Assembly (NCBI RefSeq): GCF_050271975.1
Contig: NZ_CP189850.1
Coordinates: forward strand, 2,282,551 to 2,346,550
DNA: 64,000 bases
DNA from: Litorimonas sp. WD9-15
Lineage (GTDB): Bacteria > Pseudomonadota > Alphaproteobacteria > Caulobacterales > Maricaulaceae
Direction: 5' to 3'
Part shown: positions 30,587 to 39,732 of the stretch, one piece after another
How positions within the stretch are numbered: the stretch's first letter is position 1
How the letters are laid out: every line of letters begins with the position of its first letter
Made by a program: the position numbers and the translations under genes
The notes under the pieces: generated by a model
The model's database searches: none
Seen by the model: only the letters and a program-made list of their open reading frames with translations
What the model was told of the DNA's origin: nothing

Positions 30587-30800
30587 AGGCCTCACGCCAT
30601 AGCCCTGCCCGCCCGCTTTGGCAAACAACGCAGAAAAGTTTTTTTATTTTTCCGCTTGCCAAAAAATAAAACCGCCACTAGACGCCGCCTCCCGCTGCTT
30701 CGGTAGCTGAACTTCTACGGTCCGGATTGTTTGAATTCCGGCCAGTGCGGTCTGTCCCTGACGGTTTCGTATGCTGTGAGTCGGTTAGCGTGTTGCGGGT

Positions 30801-30882
30801 GTTTGTGTAGCCAAGCGGTTAAAGGCAGCTGACCTCACAGTCAGTCACTTATGTGTACGCAGGTTCGAATCCTGTCACAAAA
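30801..30882 (+). pseudogene. degenerate type-II (long variable arm) tRNA-like element with 6-nt anticodon loop
   Basis: 3-bp D-stem gcc/ggc with aagcggttaaa loop, ctgac/gtcag anticodon stem enclosing only 6 nt, variable hairpin cac-ttat-gtg, T-arm gcagg-ttcgaat-cctgt, imperfect acceptor. Confidence 0.45.
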
Positions 30883-30884
30883 TA

Positions 30885-30959
30885 ACAACTGTAGCTCAGA
30901 GGAAGAGCACTGAACTTATAATTCAGCTGTCGCGGGTTCGACTCCCGCCAGATGTACCA
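30885..30959 (+). tRNA. tRNA-like gene with UAU anticodon (Ile2-type) and one acceptor-stem mismatch; may be a pseudo-tRNA
   Basis: 75 nt: acaactg/ta/gctc-agaggaa-gagc/a/ctgaa-cttataa-ttcag/ctgtc/gcggg-ttcgact-cccgc/cagatgt/a/cca; encoded CCA; A:A mismatch at 4:69. Confidence 0.45.
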
Positions 30960-30960
30960 C

Positions 30961-31002
30961 GGGATGCCCATACGGGCTTGGGTTCGACTCCCAACAAGCG
31001 AC
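30961..31002 (+). other. tRNA 3'-half-like fragment (T-arm ttggg-ttcgact-cccaa)
   Basis: Directly abuts preceding tRNA-like unit with no spacer; only T-arm recognisable. Confidence 0.35.
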
Positions 31003-31427
31003 TGTAAATCGCTTTCCATAACGACGTTCCGGGTGGACGTCAGGAAGATAGATACGGTTGGTAATTTTGGATGGGCTTTCCCTTGGGCGAGCTGTGTCTG
31101 ACTGCGCCTGCCTCTCTACTTTCCTTACAGATTAGACCGACCTCGCGGTGGCCCGCTTTGTGCGCCCCTCGTGTCGGGCACAGACATGGTTCGGCCCGTA
31201 TGTGGGTGTGTCGCGCCAGACCTGTGTCCAAACTTGCGGCCCGCATCTGCGGTCCCCGTGGGTCCGTCGCGTCTGCGTCAGCGTCTGCCCGGGCGTCTGA
31301 GTTTTACCTCGCGGCCCTCATGGGGAGGACCGCCTTCACCGGGACGTTCGTCCCCTCAACCCAACCGGACAATCCTGTCCAACCGAAAGGAACGTCACAC
31401 GTGCAATAACTGCGAAGGAGAAATGCT

Positions 31428-32573
31428 ATGACCAAAGTGACACATAAAATACTCGGCCTCGAAGCCATCGTCCCCGAAACCGAACGGGCCATCGTCCTGA
31501 AAGACGGTGTGTTCGATTCCGTCCTGACACCCGGACGGCACATGATTGGCCATCTCGGCAATCAAACCAAGTTCGAGGTCAAAGCCTATACTTTGAGCAA
31601 GGACGCGATCCATAGCGACCTCCTGAGCACATTGTTCCGGAACCATCCTGACGCGCTTGGCACAATTCTGACGACTGTCGAAACGGGCGAAGATGAAATG
31701 GCAATCCTGTCCTTGGACGGCACGCCCCGGCTCATCGTTGCGCCTCTGTCTCGGACTATGGTCTGGACGGATGCGGGTCTCTGGTCCGTCGAGCGGGTAA
31801 ATCTCGCCGATGGTTTCGTCATGACGGACGCGTTGTCGAAGCGGTTGATGCGGGTCTCCTCGGACTTCATCAAACGGTTCAAAGTTGAGCACGGTCAAGT
31901 CGGATTGCTGCATGTTGACGGAAAGCTGGTGGGAGACCTCTCCCCCGGTGGTCACGCACTCTGGTCCTACGGTAAGGTCATCTCGGTCAAACTCGTCGAT
32001 ACGCGGGAACACGCGCTCGATGTCACGGGCCAAGAAGTCTTGACGAAAGACCGGGTTTCGATCCGGGTGAACCTGTCGGCGACATACCGGGTGACCGACC
32101 CTGTGAAAGCCGTCACGGAAGTCAAAGACTTCCACGATGCGCTTTACCGGGCGCTCGGCGCGGCTTTCCGGTCCTCCCTGGCGACCAAAACGCTGGACGC
32201 GGTTCTGGCCGAAAAAGGCGCGGTGGATGCGGAAGCGTCAGCCACGGTTGTCTCGGACATGGCCAAAGCCGGTATCGCGGTTTCGGGCATCACGCTGAAG
32301 GATATCATCCTGCCCGGCGAGATGCGGGACATCCTAAACACGGTTGTATTGGCCGAAAAGGAAGCCGAAGCCAACGTCATCCGGCGTCGGGAAGATGCGT
32401 CCGCGACGCGGGCGCTGCTCAACACCGCCAAAGTCATGTCGGATAACCCCGCCATGATGCGGCTGAAAGAGCTCGAAGCGCTGGAAGGCATCGCCGAGAA
32501 AGTCGGCACGCTGACCGTTCACTCAGGCACAAAAGGCCTGATGACGGAAATAGCTTCGCTGTCGGCGGAGTGA
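31428..32573 (+). CDS. SPFH/band-7 (stomatin/slipin-like) domain protein with ~200-aa N-terminal extension
   Basis: 381 aa; C-terminal TLKDIILPGEMRDI...AEKEAEANVIRRREDASATRALLNTAKVM typical of SPFH proteins; strong aggaga RBS; GC-rich, CGG-codon-rich composition unlike neighbours. Confidence 0.7.
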   Translation: MTKVTHKILGLEAIVPETERAIVLKDGVFDSVLTPGRHMIGHLGNQTKFEVKAYTLSKDAIHSDLLSTLFRNHPDALGTILTTVETGEDEMAILSLDGTPRLIVAPLSRTMVWTDAGLWSVERVNLADGFVMTDALSKRLMRVSSDFIKRFKVEHGQVGLLHVDGKLVGDLSPGGHALWSYGKVISVKLVDTREHALDVTGQEVLTKDRVSIRVNLSATYRVTDPVKAVTEVKDFHDALYRALGAAFRSSLATKTLDAVLAEKGAVDAEASATVVSDMAKAGIAVSGITLKDIILPGEMRDILNTVVLAEKEAEANVIRRREDASATRALLNTAKVMSDNPAMMRLKELEALEGIAEKVGTLTVHSGTKGLMTEIASLSAE

Positions 32574-32619
32574 TGGAAGCGAATCAAGAGTGACCCGTCC
32601 CTGCGACAGTGGGGGCGGG

Positions 32620-34146
32620 TCAACCGTTAGCAATGCACATTTTTACTTCTTCCCTTAATTCTTGTGTAATCTCTTCAGAACCAAAGTTTTTCCAATCCAC
32701 TTCACCACCAAATATGTTTTTGAGATCGTCTAGGACTTCAGATTGTGCTTCTTGAAAGCGAAAATTATGATCTCCTTCATATTTAATCGCATCCATTGTC
32801 CGCATAAGTGTTTTTACAGCCTCATTGACCATTACATCAACATCTGTTCCCTCTGGGATAGTCGCTGGAGTAAGCTTAACTGTAGTAGAAATTAAACAGC
32901 GGGTCGAAACTTCAAGACTTTTTTTTGTCTGTGAACGCTTACGGAATTCGTCCGCCAAACTCCGGAACATATCAATATTTAGGTTCACACTGTGCTGACC
33001 ATTACTTTGGGTTTGCGTAAATTCGCGGTCTGCCGCATTTTTCGCAATCACGATATTCGCGCTTGGATTGACATATATATATTGACCGTAAATCCCGACG
33101 GCAAAGAAATCGCCCTTATTCGGGCCTTCCTGCGGCATTGGCACCCACCATTGATAGCCATAACCCGTGCCACGAATGGGATGGACATTCGGTGAATGAT
33201 TTGTTGTTGAGTCCGCAACCCAATCTGCCGGAACAATCTGTTCGCCTTTCCATTCTCCCCCTTGCAAAAATAGCTGACCAAACTTCGCGTAGTCGCGCGT
33301 GCGCAAGTTCAGCCCACCAAGCGCAAAGGCTACATCATATCCATCCGTCATGTAATATGGCGCTTTACCCATTCCGAGATTATCGCCATAGGTTTCTTCC
33401 CAAAGCTGATGCAGGGACTTTCCTGTGACTTTGCGCAAAGCCATCGCTGCAACATGGGTATCAATCGAGACATATTGCCAGACTGTACCCGGTTCATAGT
33501 GGCGCTCGGTCAGCGTCTCCGTATATTTATCCATCGACCCGCCGAGACCAAGAACGCGGCCCATATCATTGATATCGGATTTCGGGTCCATATAGTCTTC
33601 GTTAAAACGCACACCGCTGGTCATATTCAGGATATTCGCGACTGTCGCGCCCTCATAAGCCGTCCCGATAAGTTCAGGAAGATAGACTTCAATTGGTTTT
33701 GAAATATCCATCAGACCGTCTTCAATCGCCTGACCGTAAAGGCCGGACATAAAGGACTTCGCGACCGACCAACTTATCCGCAAGTCGTCTTTCTCTGTGC
33801 CGAGATAATAGCTCTCATGGATAAGCTTGCCGTCCTGAATGATGACAAGTGCCGTTGTATCCAGTTCTTTCAGAACATCGGAGAGTTGTAACGCTTCGCC
33901 CTGTATCGTCACGGTCTCGGGGATTGGTCGAATGTCTTCTTCCCACGGTTCAGGCGTTCCGATTTTTAAATCATGATGGAGAAAGGCGGAGTCCATAGAC
34001 GAGAAGTTCGTCACGATCTTATCCTCATCAAACAGCGTGTTGACGGTTTTTAATCGATTGATCGTGGTCCAATTCAACGCGATCAGAATGCCCGCCGCCA
34101 GAAATAAGAGCAGAATGCCAATTCCGATTTTCTTCATCAAACTCAT
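32620..34146 (-). CDS. membrane-anchored serine hydrolase of beta-lactamase/transpeptidase-like superfamily
   Basis: 508 aa; N-terminal TM anchor, SxxK motif SVAKSF, AT-rich codon usage distinct from neighbours; 4-nt overlap with downstream oxidoreductase. Confidence 0.7.
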   Translation of the reverse strand: MSLMKKIGIGILLLFLAAGILIALNWTTINRLKTVNTLFDEDKIVTNFSSMDSAFLHHDLKIGTPEPWEEDIRPIPETVTIQGEALQLSDVLKELDTTALVIIQDGKLIHESYYLGTEKDDLRISWSVAKSFMSGLYGQAIEDGLMDISKPIEVYLPELIGTAYEGATVANILNMTSGVRFNEDYMDPKSDINDMGRVLGLGGSMDKYTETLTERHYEPGTVWQYVSIDTHVAAMALRKVTGKSLHQLWEETYGDNLGMGKAPYYMTDGYDVAFALGGLNLRTRDYAKFGQLFLQGGEWKGEQIVPADWVADSTTNHSPNVHPIRGTGYGYQWWVPMPQEGPNKGDFFAVGIYGQYIYVNPSANIVIAKNAADREFTQTQSNGQHSVNLNIDMFRSLADEFRKRSQTKKSLEVSTRCLISTTVKLTPATIPEGTDVDVMVNEAVKTLMRTMDAIKYEGDHNFRFQEAQSEVLDDLKNIFGGEVDWKNFGSEEITQELREEVKMCIANG

Positions 34147-35048
34147 GCTTGATCCCCATCTATTTGCGCGGCCACCCTCACCGCGATTAATCCATCCGCA
34201 GCAGACACCAGAACGGGCGTCCCTTCCAGCACGGCCTCGACAAAGATATTCGTTGCCGCGCCGAGACTGTCTTTTGCACGCGGGTCATCCCCAAAATTTG
34301 CGTTCAGATCGAATGGCGTATCATGTGTGAGTTTCTTTGCATTGAAATCAATCTCAACCGCGCCGGATGGATAGGTCAGAACCATGCGACGCTGCGGCGT
34401 TTCCGTCACGCGACTGGCCCGCAGAACAGCCTTCGCTTCGCTATAGATTAGCGTCACGTCTGCCTCATCCGGTGTTTTTGATTTTACCGCTTTCGACTGG
34501 CCGGAAACATCATCAGGCGCTGCACCGAAGAGAGCCGTACAAAGATCAATATCATGCGTCATAAGATCCATTGTGACCGATGTATCAGTCCCGCGTTGTG
34601 AATAACCATTGGCACGGATAGCCTCGACACGAAGTGGTGTCTCTTTGACCTTATCCAAACCAATCGCGCGAAGGACCATCCGCTCTTGATGACCGACCTG
34701 GACGATGAGGTTACTCCGTTGGGATAACTCTAAAATCCGTTCCGCTGCACTCACACCTACCGCCAGTGGTTTTTCAATGAGGCAATGGCACCCCGCCTCT
34801 AACGCTTGGATTGCCATGCCTCCATGGAAACTCGCAGGGCAAGCAATGACCATGGCGTCGCACTGAGAGACTAGCGCCTCTGCATCCATTGCGCCAACCT
34901 TGTGTTTCTTAGCGAGCGCCGCCGCGCGACCCTGATCAAGGTCATGGACCCCGACAAACTCCAAACGCGGGTGCACAGCGAGTTTATTCGCGTGATATCC
35001 CGCAAAGACGCCAGCACCAATAAGGCCAATTTTTAAACGTTGTGTCAT
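34143..35048 (-). CDS. Gfo/Idh/MocA-family NAD(P)-dependent oxidoreductase
   Basis: IGLIGAGVFAGYHANK Rossmann N-terminus and family pattern. Confidence 0.8.
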   Translation of the reverse strand: MTQRLKIGLIGAGVFAGYHANKLAVHPRLEFVGVHDLDQGRAAALAKKHKVGAMDAEALVSQCDAMVIACPASFHGGMAIQALEAGCHCLIEKPLAVGVSAAERILELSQRSNLIVQVGHQERMVLRAIGLDKVKETPLRVEAIRANGYSQRGTDTSVTMDLMTHDIDLCTALFGAAPDDVSGQSKAVKSKTPDEADVTLIYSEAKAVLRASRVTETPQRRMVLTYPSGAVEIDFNAKKLTHDTPFDLNANFGDDPRAKDSLGAATNIFVEAVLEGTPVLVSAADGLIAVRVAAQIDGDQA

Positions 35049-35322
35049 AGGGTCTTAACGCCCTCTGACCACGATTTTGCAAGAAAAAAGGGAGAATCAC
35101 TTGCGACAATCCGTCCGATAAGGGGCTGTAATTCCGGACGTTTCAGCTTTTCATGGATGCTCCAGCTACGATTTGAACGGGTTTTAAACAGAAAAACGGT
35201 CCAAAACCTCTCTAAAACCCAATAAAACCGTAGTTTTTAGTGACTCATTAACTCCAATCGCTAGGGTCAGCATCAACTATCCGGCAAAAGATTCGGAAGT
35301 CTCATCACTAGGGAGATCCAAG

Positions 35323-35595
35323 ATGAACAAAAAAGAACTCATTAGCGCAATCGCAGACCACACAGGTTCCACACAAGCGGTTGCCGGTGACATGCTCAGC
35401 GCATTCATCGAAACTGTCACAAACGAAATGAAGCAAGGCGACGGGTCCAAAGTTGTCATTCCCGGCTTTGGTCAGTTCATCGCAAAGCATCGCGAATCCC
35501 GCGAAATGCGCAACCCAGCCACAGGCAAAATGATGATGTCAAAAGCCAAGACATCCGCATCATTCAAGCCGGCGGCGGCGCTGAAAGACCTCTAG
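35323..35595 (+). CDS. hup: HU-family nucleoid DNA-binding protein
   Basis: 90 aa; MNKKELISAIA...GFGQFIAKHRESREMRNPATGK canonical HU/IHF fold; followed by terminator. Confidence 0.9.
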   Translation: MNKKELISAIADHTGSTQAVAGDMLSAFIETVTNEMKQGDGSKVVIPGFGQFIAKHRESREMRNPATGKMMMSKAKTSASFKPAAALKDL

Positions 35596-35614
35596 GGCTT
35601 CGTTAGATAGATAT

Positions 35615-35645
35615 GAAAAAGCCGCCTCTAGGGCGGCTTTTTTTT
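35615..35645 (+). terminator. intrinsic terminator (gccgcc tctag ggcggc + T8)
   Basis: Perfect GC hairpin then TTTTTTTT directly after hup. Confidence 0.8.
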
Positions 35646-35663
35646 GATTTAATTTGGAATAAT

Positions 35664-37043
35664 TTAGCCTGCAAGACGCGCGGCCTCTTCCTTCCGGTAA
35701 CTACCGAGTTCCTCAGAGATCAAAAACGCCAGCTCCAAAGCCTGGTTTGCGTTCAAACGCGGGTCGCAATGCGTGTGATAACGGGAGGACAGATCCTCTT
35801 CGCGCACGGCCATGGCCGAACCGCCCAGACATTCCGTCACGTTCTGTCCTGTCATCTCGAAATGTACGCCGCCTGGCCAGCAGTTTTCGCTATGGAGGAC
35901 CTGCATAAATTGACGGACTTCAGTTAGGATGTAGTCAAACGGGCGTGTCTTGAACCCACTATCCGTTTTAATTGTGTTGCCATGCATCGGGTCGCAAGAC
36001 CAGACGACGTGACGGCCCGCGGCTTTCACAGCCCGCGCGAGGCTCGGCAGGCCTTTCGCGACTTTGTCGTGGCCATAACGGGCAATCAAAGTCATACGAC
36101 CTGGGATATTTTCGGGATTGAGAACATCGAGAAGTCGCAGGAGTTCATCCGATTCCAACCCTTCCCCGATCTTCATCGCAATCGGGTTTTCAATCCCGCG
36201 CATGAATTCGACATGAGCATGGTCCAGTTGACGCGTACGGTTCCCGATCCAAAGCATGTGCGCAGAGGTGTCATACCAACGGCCCGTCGTACTATCGATA
36301 CGGGTCATGGCTTCCTCATAGCCCAGCAGCAAGCCTTCATGGGATGTATAATAATCCGTCGCGGCCATTTGCGGCGTAGAGTCCGGAGTCACGCCACAGG
36401 CTTCCATGAAGTCCAGCGCGTCTTCGATTTTCTCGCAGAGTTCCTTATATTTTTTCGTCTGCTCTGACCCGTCGACAAAGCCGAGTGTCCATTTATGGAT
36501 ATTACGAAGGTTGGCGTAACCGCCCGTTGAGAAAGCCCGCAGTAGGTTCAGCGTCGAGGCGGACTGTCCATAGGCTTTGAGCAACCGTTTCGGGTTCGGC
36601 GTCCGTGATTTTGGATCAAAGGCCATCGCGTTGATATTATCCCCGCGATAGGACGGGAGTGTCACACCGTCGCGAACTTCGACGGGCGAACTACGTGGTT
36701 TGCCAAATTGTCCGGCAATGCGACCCACTTTGACAACAGGCTGACCCGCGCCGTAGGTCAGCACGACAGCCATTTGCATCATAACGCGAAACATATCGCG
36801 TAAGTTATCAGGATGAAATTCCTTGAAGCTCTCAGCGCAGTCCCCGCCCTGCAGCAAAAAGGCTTTACCCATGGCCACATCACCGAGACGGTCACGCAGA
36901 CGACGCGCTTCCCCCGCGAAAACGAGTGGCGGATAGCCCTTCAATGTTGTCTCGACTTCCGCAAGCTTATCCAGATCCGGATAATCTTCCGGAATATGTT
37001 TGGCAGGTAAGGCTCGCCAGCTGGAGGGGGTCCATTTTGTCAT
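35664..37043 (-). CDS. 3-deoxy-7-phosphoheptulonate (DAHP) synthase, class II (plant-type)
   Basis: 459 aa; [23 protein letters not shown]... and [11 protein letters not shown], class II DAHPS hallmarks. Confidence 0.9.
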   Translation of the reverse strand: MTKWTPSSWRALPAKHIPEDYPDLDKLAEVETTLKGYPPLVFAGEARRLRDRLGDVAMGKAFLLQGGDCAESFKEFHPDNLRDMFRVMMQMAVVLTYGAGQPVVKVGRIAGQFGKPRSSPVEVRDGVTLPSYRGDNINAMAFDPKSRTPNPKRLLKAYGQSASTLNLLRAFSTGGYANLRNIHKWTLGFVDGSEQTKKYKELCEKIEDALDFMEACGVTPDSTPQMAATDYYTSHEGLLLGYEEAMTRIDSTTGRWYDTSAHMLWIGNRTRQLDHAHVEFMRGIENPIAMKIGEGLESDELLRLLDVLNPENIPGRMTLIARYGHDKVAKGLPSLARAVKAAGRHVVWSCDPMHGNTIKTDSGFKTRPFDYILTEVRQFMQVLHSENCWPGGVHFEMTGQNVTECLGGSAMAVREEDLSSRYHTHCDPRLNANQALELAFLISEELGSYRKEEAARLAG

Positions 37044-37142
37044 GTCTTCAATTCCTTCGCGCGAAAACGTTTCGCGACAGACCTTTATCTATAACGATAT
37101 TGGCAAAAAATGCCTAGACTCCATGTCAGTCTAATCAAACCA

Positions 37143-38531
37143 CTAGGAGACGACAGTCGTTTTGTTAATTTCACGGGGCTTCAGTGTGACAATCTCTTCT
37201 GAAATTGTTGGATGCACGGCACAGGTCGCGTCAAAATCGGCCTTTGTCAGGCCCGCCTTCACACAGATACCAAGAATTTGGATCAGCTCACCACTGTGAT
37301 CGCCGACAAGGTGAACCCCAATAACGGTTTCCTCATCGCCCTTGGTGATCAATTTCATAAAGACGCCTTGCGGATCACCCGACAAGATATTCTTCATCGG
37401 ACGAAATTTTGTCGAATAAACCGTGACAGCGTCGCCATGTTTCTTACGGGCTTGCGCTTCAGTCAAGCCAACAGTCCCGACCGGTGGTCGTGTGAAGACC
37501 GCACTCGCAATCTGCTCATGATCATAAGCGGTCGGATTGTCTTTATAACGTGTCTCGATGAAGGCCATACCTTCGCGAATGGCGACGGGCGTTAAGTTCA
37601 TGCGGTTGGTCACATCGCCAACGGCATAGATGTTATCCGCTGTTGTCTTAGAAAATTTATCGACTTTGACAGCGCCGCCATCCTCAACTTCGACACCCGC
37701 ATTTTCTAAGCCGAGACCGGAGGTGTGCGGCTTACGGCCCGTCGCCATAAAGACGAGGTCTGTGCCGATTTTGGAACCATCATCAAAGGTTACGATATAT
37801 CCGCCCTGCGTTTCCTTGATCTCTGTCGGACTGATATTGAATTTTAGATCAATTCCGTTGTTTTCTTGGACAAGCGCGACCTTATCGCGAACTTCCGCAT
37901 CAAAACCGTTCAGCAGGCGTCCCCCGCGATAGGCCTGCACGGTCTTCACGCCAAGGCCCGCATAAATGCCCGCAAATTCACAAGCAATATAACCGCCACC
38001 AATGATCAGAACACGTTCCGGCAATTTATCGAGCGTGAAGGAATCGTCAGAGACGATCGCATGTTCGATCCCCTTAATCTCGGGTGCCCAAGGCCGGCCA
38101 CCAACAGCGATGAGAATTGTCTCTGCCGTAATCAGCTTTCCGCTTTTGGTTAGACGCACGGTGTGATTGTCGACAAATTCCGCGCGCTCACGGAACACCG
38201 TCGCGCCGTTCTTCTCAAGTATTGTTGAGTATATACCAGACAGGCGAGAAACTTCTTTCTGAATGGCATCCCGTAGTGTTGGCCAATCGAAAGACGTCTC
38301 GCCGAAGCTCCAGCCATAGCCCTTCGCTTCCTCCAAACTCGCACCGTAATCCGCACCATAGACAAGGAATTTTTTCGGAACACAGCCGCGAACAACGCAG
38401 GTTCCGCCAGGCAAGCTTTCCTCTGCCACGCCGACACGTTTACCAAGCTGCGCCGCCATGCGACCAGAGCGGACGCCACCGGAGCCCGCACCGATGACGA
38501 AAAGGTCAAAGTCATATTTTTGATCGGTCAT
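37143..38531 (-). CDS. gor: glutathione-disulfide reductase (FAD/NAD(P) pyridine-nucleotide disulfide oxidoreductase)
   Basis: 462 aa; FDLFVIGAGSGG, redox-active GGTCVVRGCVPKK, C-terminal HPTISEE dimerisation/active His-Glu. Confidence 0.8.
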   Translation of the reverse strand: MTDQKYDFDLFVIGAGSGGVRSGRMAAQLGKRVGVAEESLPGGTCVVRGCVPKKFLVYGADYGASLEEAKGYGWSFGETSFDWPTLRDAIQKEVSRLSGIYSTILEKNGATVFRERAEFVDNHTVRLTKSGKLITAETILIAVGGRPWAPEIKGIEHAIVSDDSFTLDKLPERVLIIGGGYIACEFAGIYAGLGVKTVQAYRGGRLLNGFDAEVRDKVALVQENNGIDLKFNISPTEIKETQGGYIVTFDDGSKIGTDLVFMATGRKPHTSGLGLENAGVEVEDGGAVKVDKFSKTTADNIYAVGDVTNRMNLTPVAIREGMAFIETRYKDNPTAYDHEQIASAVFTRPPVGTVGLTEAQARKKHGDAVTVYSTKFRPMKNILSGDPQGVFMKLITKGDEETVIGVHLVGDHSGELIQILGICVKAGLTKADFDATCAVHPTISEEIVTLKPREINKTTVVS

Positions 38532-38557
38532 GAGGGCTTAATCCTGTTATTTGTTTT

Positions 38558-39019
38558 CTACCGTCGACGACGCCGGCGTCTTTGTGAGCTGTTCGTTGAG
38601 GAGATAGGAACGCCTTCTCCATTTAACAATTCAAGAATGCGTGCTGTCCGCGCTTTTACGAACCGCATCGTGATATTATTCACGTTCATCATGTGAGATG
38701 AGGTTGGATTATTCAGACCTTGCCGAAAATCGTTAACGGTGCTTTCCAACATCCATTTTGGTAGCGCCTCTTGAAAATTATATGCGAGCCGTTTTTCGGC
38801 GCCCGCATCCAATGCCTGGCTAACGCGCTTATACGCGTCTTCTTCGGGCATTTTATCCCCAAATGAAAAATGGCCATGATAGTCTTCATCAAAGAGAGTT
38901 GAGAGATCAAAGCTCTCCGCGATTTCACGTGCATATTTAAGGCGCTTATCATGATCGCGATCTTGAACAAATCTCACGATTGCGACGATGATGATGCCTA
39001 TGAATATCCAGACTAACAT
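38558..39019 (-). CDS. hypothetical protein with N-terminal TM helix; C-terminal poly-Arg tail likely artefact of reading through a GC palindrome
   Basis: 153-aa ORF; last codons overlie perfect palindrome gacgacgccggcgtcgtc (38563-38582). Confidence 0.35.
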   Translation of the reverse strand: MLVWIFIGIIIVAIVRFVQDRDHDKRLKYAREIAESFDLSTLFDEDYHGHFSFGDKMPEEDAYKRVSQALDAGAEKRLAYNFQEALPKWMLESTVNDFRQGLNNPTSSHMMNVNNITMRFVKARTARILELLNGEGVPISSTNSSQRRRRRRR

Positions 39020-39027
39020 CTGAACGC

Positions 39028-39732
39028 TTAATCCCGAGCAAGCTCAATGACGCGAGCATGATCGGCTTCGCCAACGACGATAACATCCGCGAGGTCAATA
39101 AATAGGCCATGTTCCATCACCCCCGGAATTTGACTGAGCGCTAAAGCTGTATCCGCCGGATTTGGAATTTTACGACACTTGCTGTCTAGGATGTAGTTCC
39201 CACCATCTGTAATAAGTGGGCCTGAGCCGTCTTTCATTTGACGCAGGACAGTCTGCGCTTCCTCACACCCCGTCGTCTTCAAAGCATCGAAGACCTGTTC
39301 CGCCGTCAAGGCCATACCAAAGGGGTCAACTTCGATAGGCAATGGGAATGCGCCCAGCATCTCTACCATTTTTGTGCCGTCGACGATAACGATCATACGG
39401 TCAGACGCGTGGGCGATAATCTTCTCCCGCAGGAGACAGGCGCCTCCTCCTTTAATAAGATTAAAGGCCGGATCGACTTCATCCGCGCCATCAATTGTCA
39501 GGTTAATCCGGTCAACCTTATCCGGTTCCGCTAAAGGAACGCCTGCCTCTATCGCACATTCAGCGGTCCGTTTGGATGTTGGAACACCCACAATTTTCAT
39601 GCCACCCGCAACGCGGTCACCCAAGGCTTCGATAAAAATTTCAGCTGTTGAACCGGAGCCCAGTCCCAAAGTCATGCCGGATTCGACGAACTCCAAAGCA
39701 GCCATGGCTGCATTTTCTTTAACGACACTCAT
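39028..39732 (-). CDS. rpiA: ribose-5-phosphate isomerase A
   Basis: 234 aa; LGLGSGST and IDGADEVD, GGGACLLREK motifs. Confidence 0.9.
   Translation of the reverse strand: MSVVKENAAMAALEFVESGMTLGLGSGSTAEIFIEALGDRVAGGMKIVGVPTSKRTAECAIEAGVPLAEPDKVDRINLTIDGADEVDPAFNLIKGGGACLLREKIIAHASDRMIVIVDGTKMVEMLGAFPLPIEVDPFGMALTAEQVFDALKTTGCEEAQTVLRQMKDGSGPLITDGGNYILDSKCRKIPNPADTALALSQIPGVMEHGLFIDLADVIVVGEADHARVIELARD

Noticed and set aside
30690-31030. Considered that the tRNA-like cluster is a two-piece alphaproteobacterial tmRNA
   Set aside because: No tag-peptide ORF (ANDN...AA-type) or resume/stop context nearby; the elements fold as separate tRNA-like cloverleaves or fragments.
31395-32135. 246-aa minus-strand ORF
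   Set aside because: Antisense to the SPFH gene; artefact of a GC-rich sequence with few stops.
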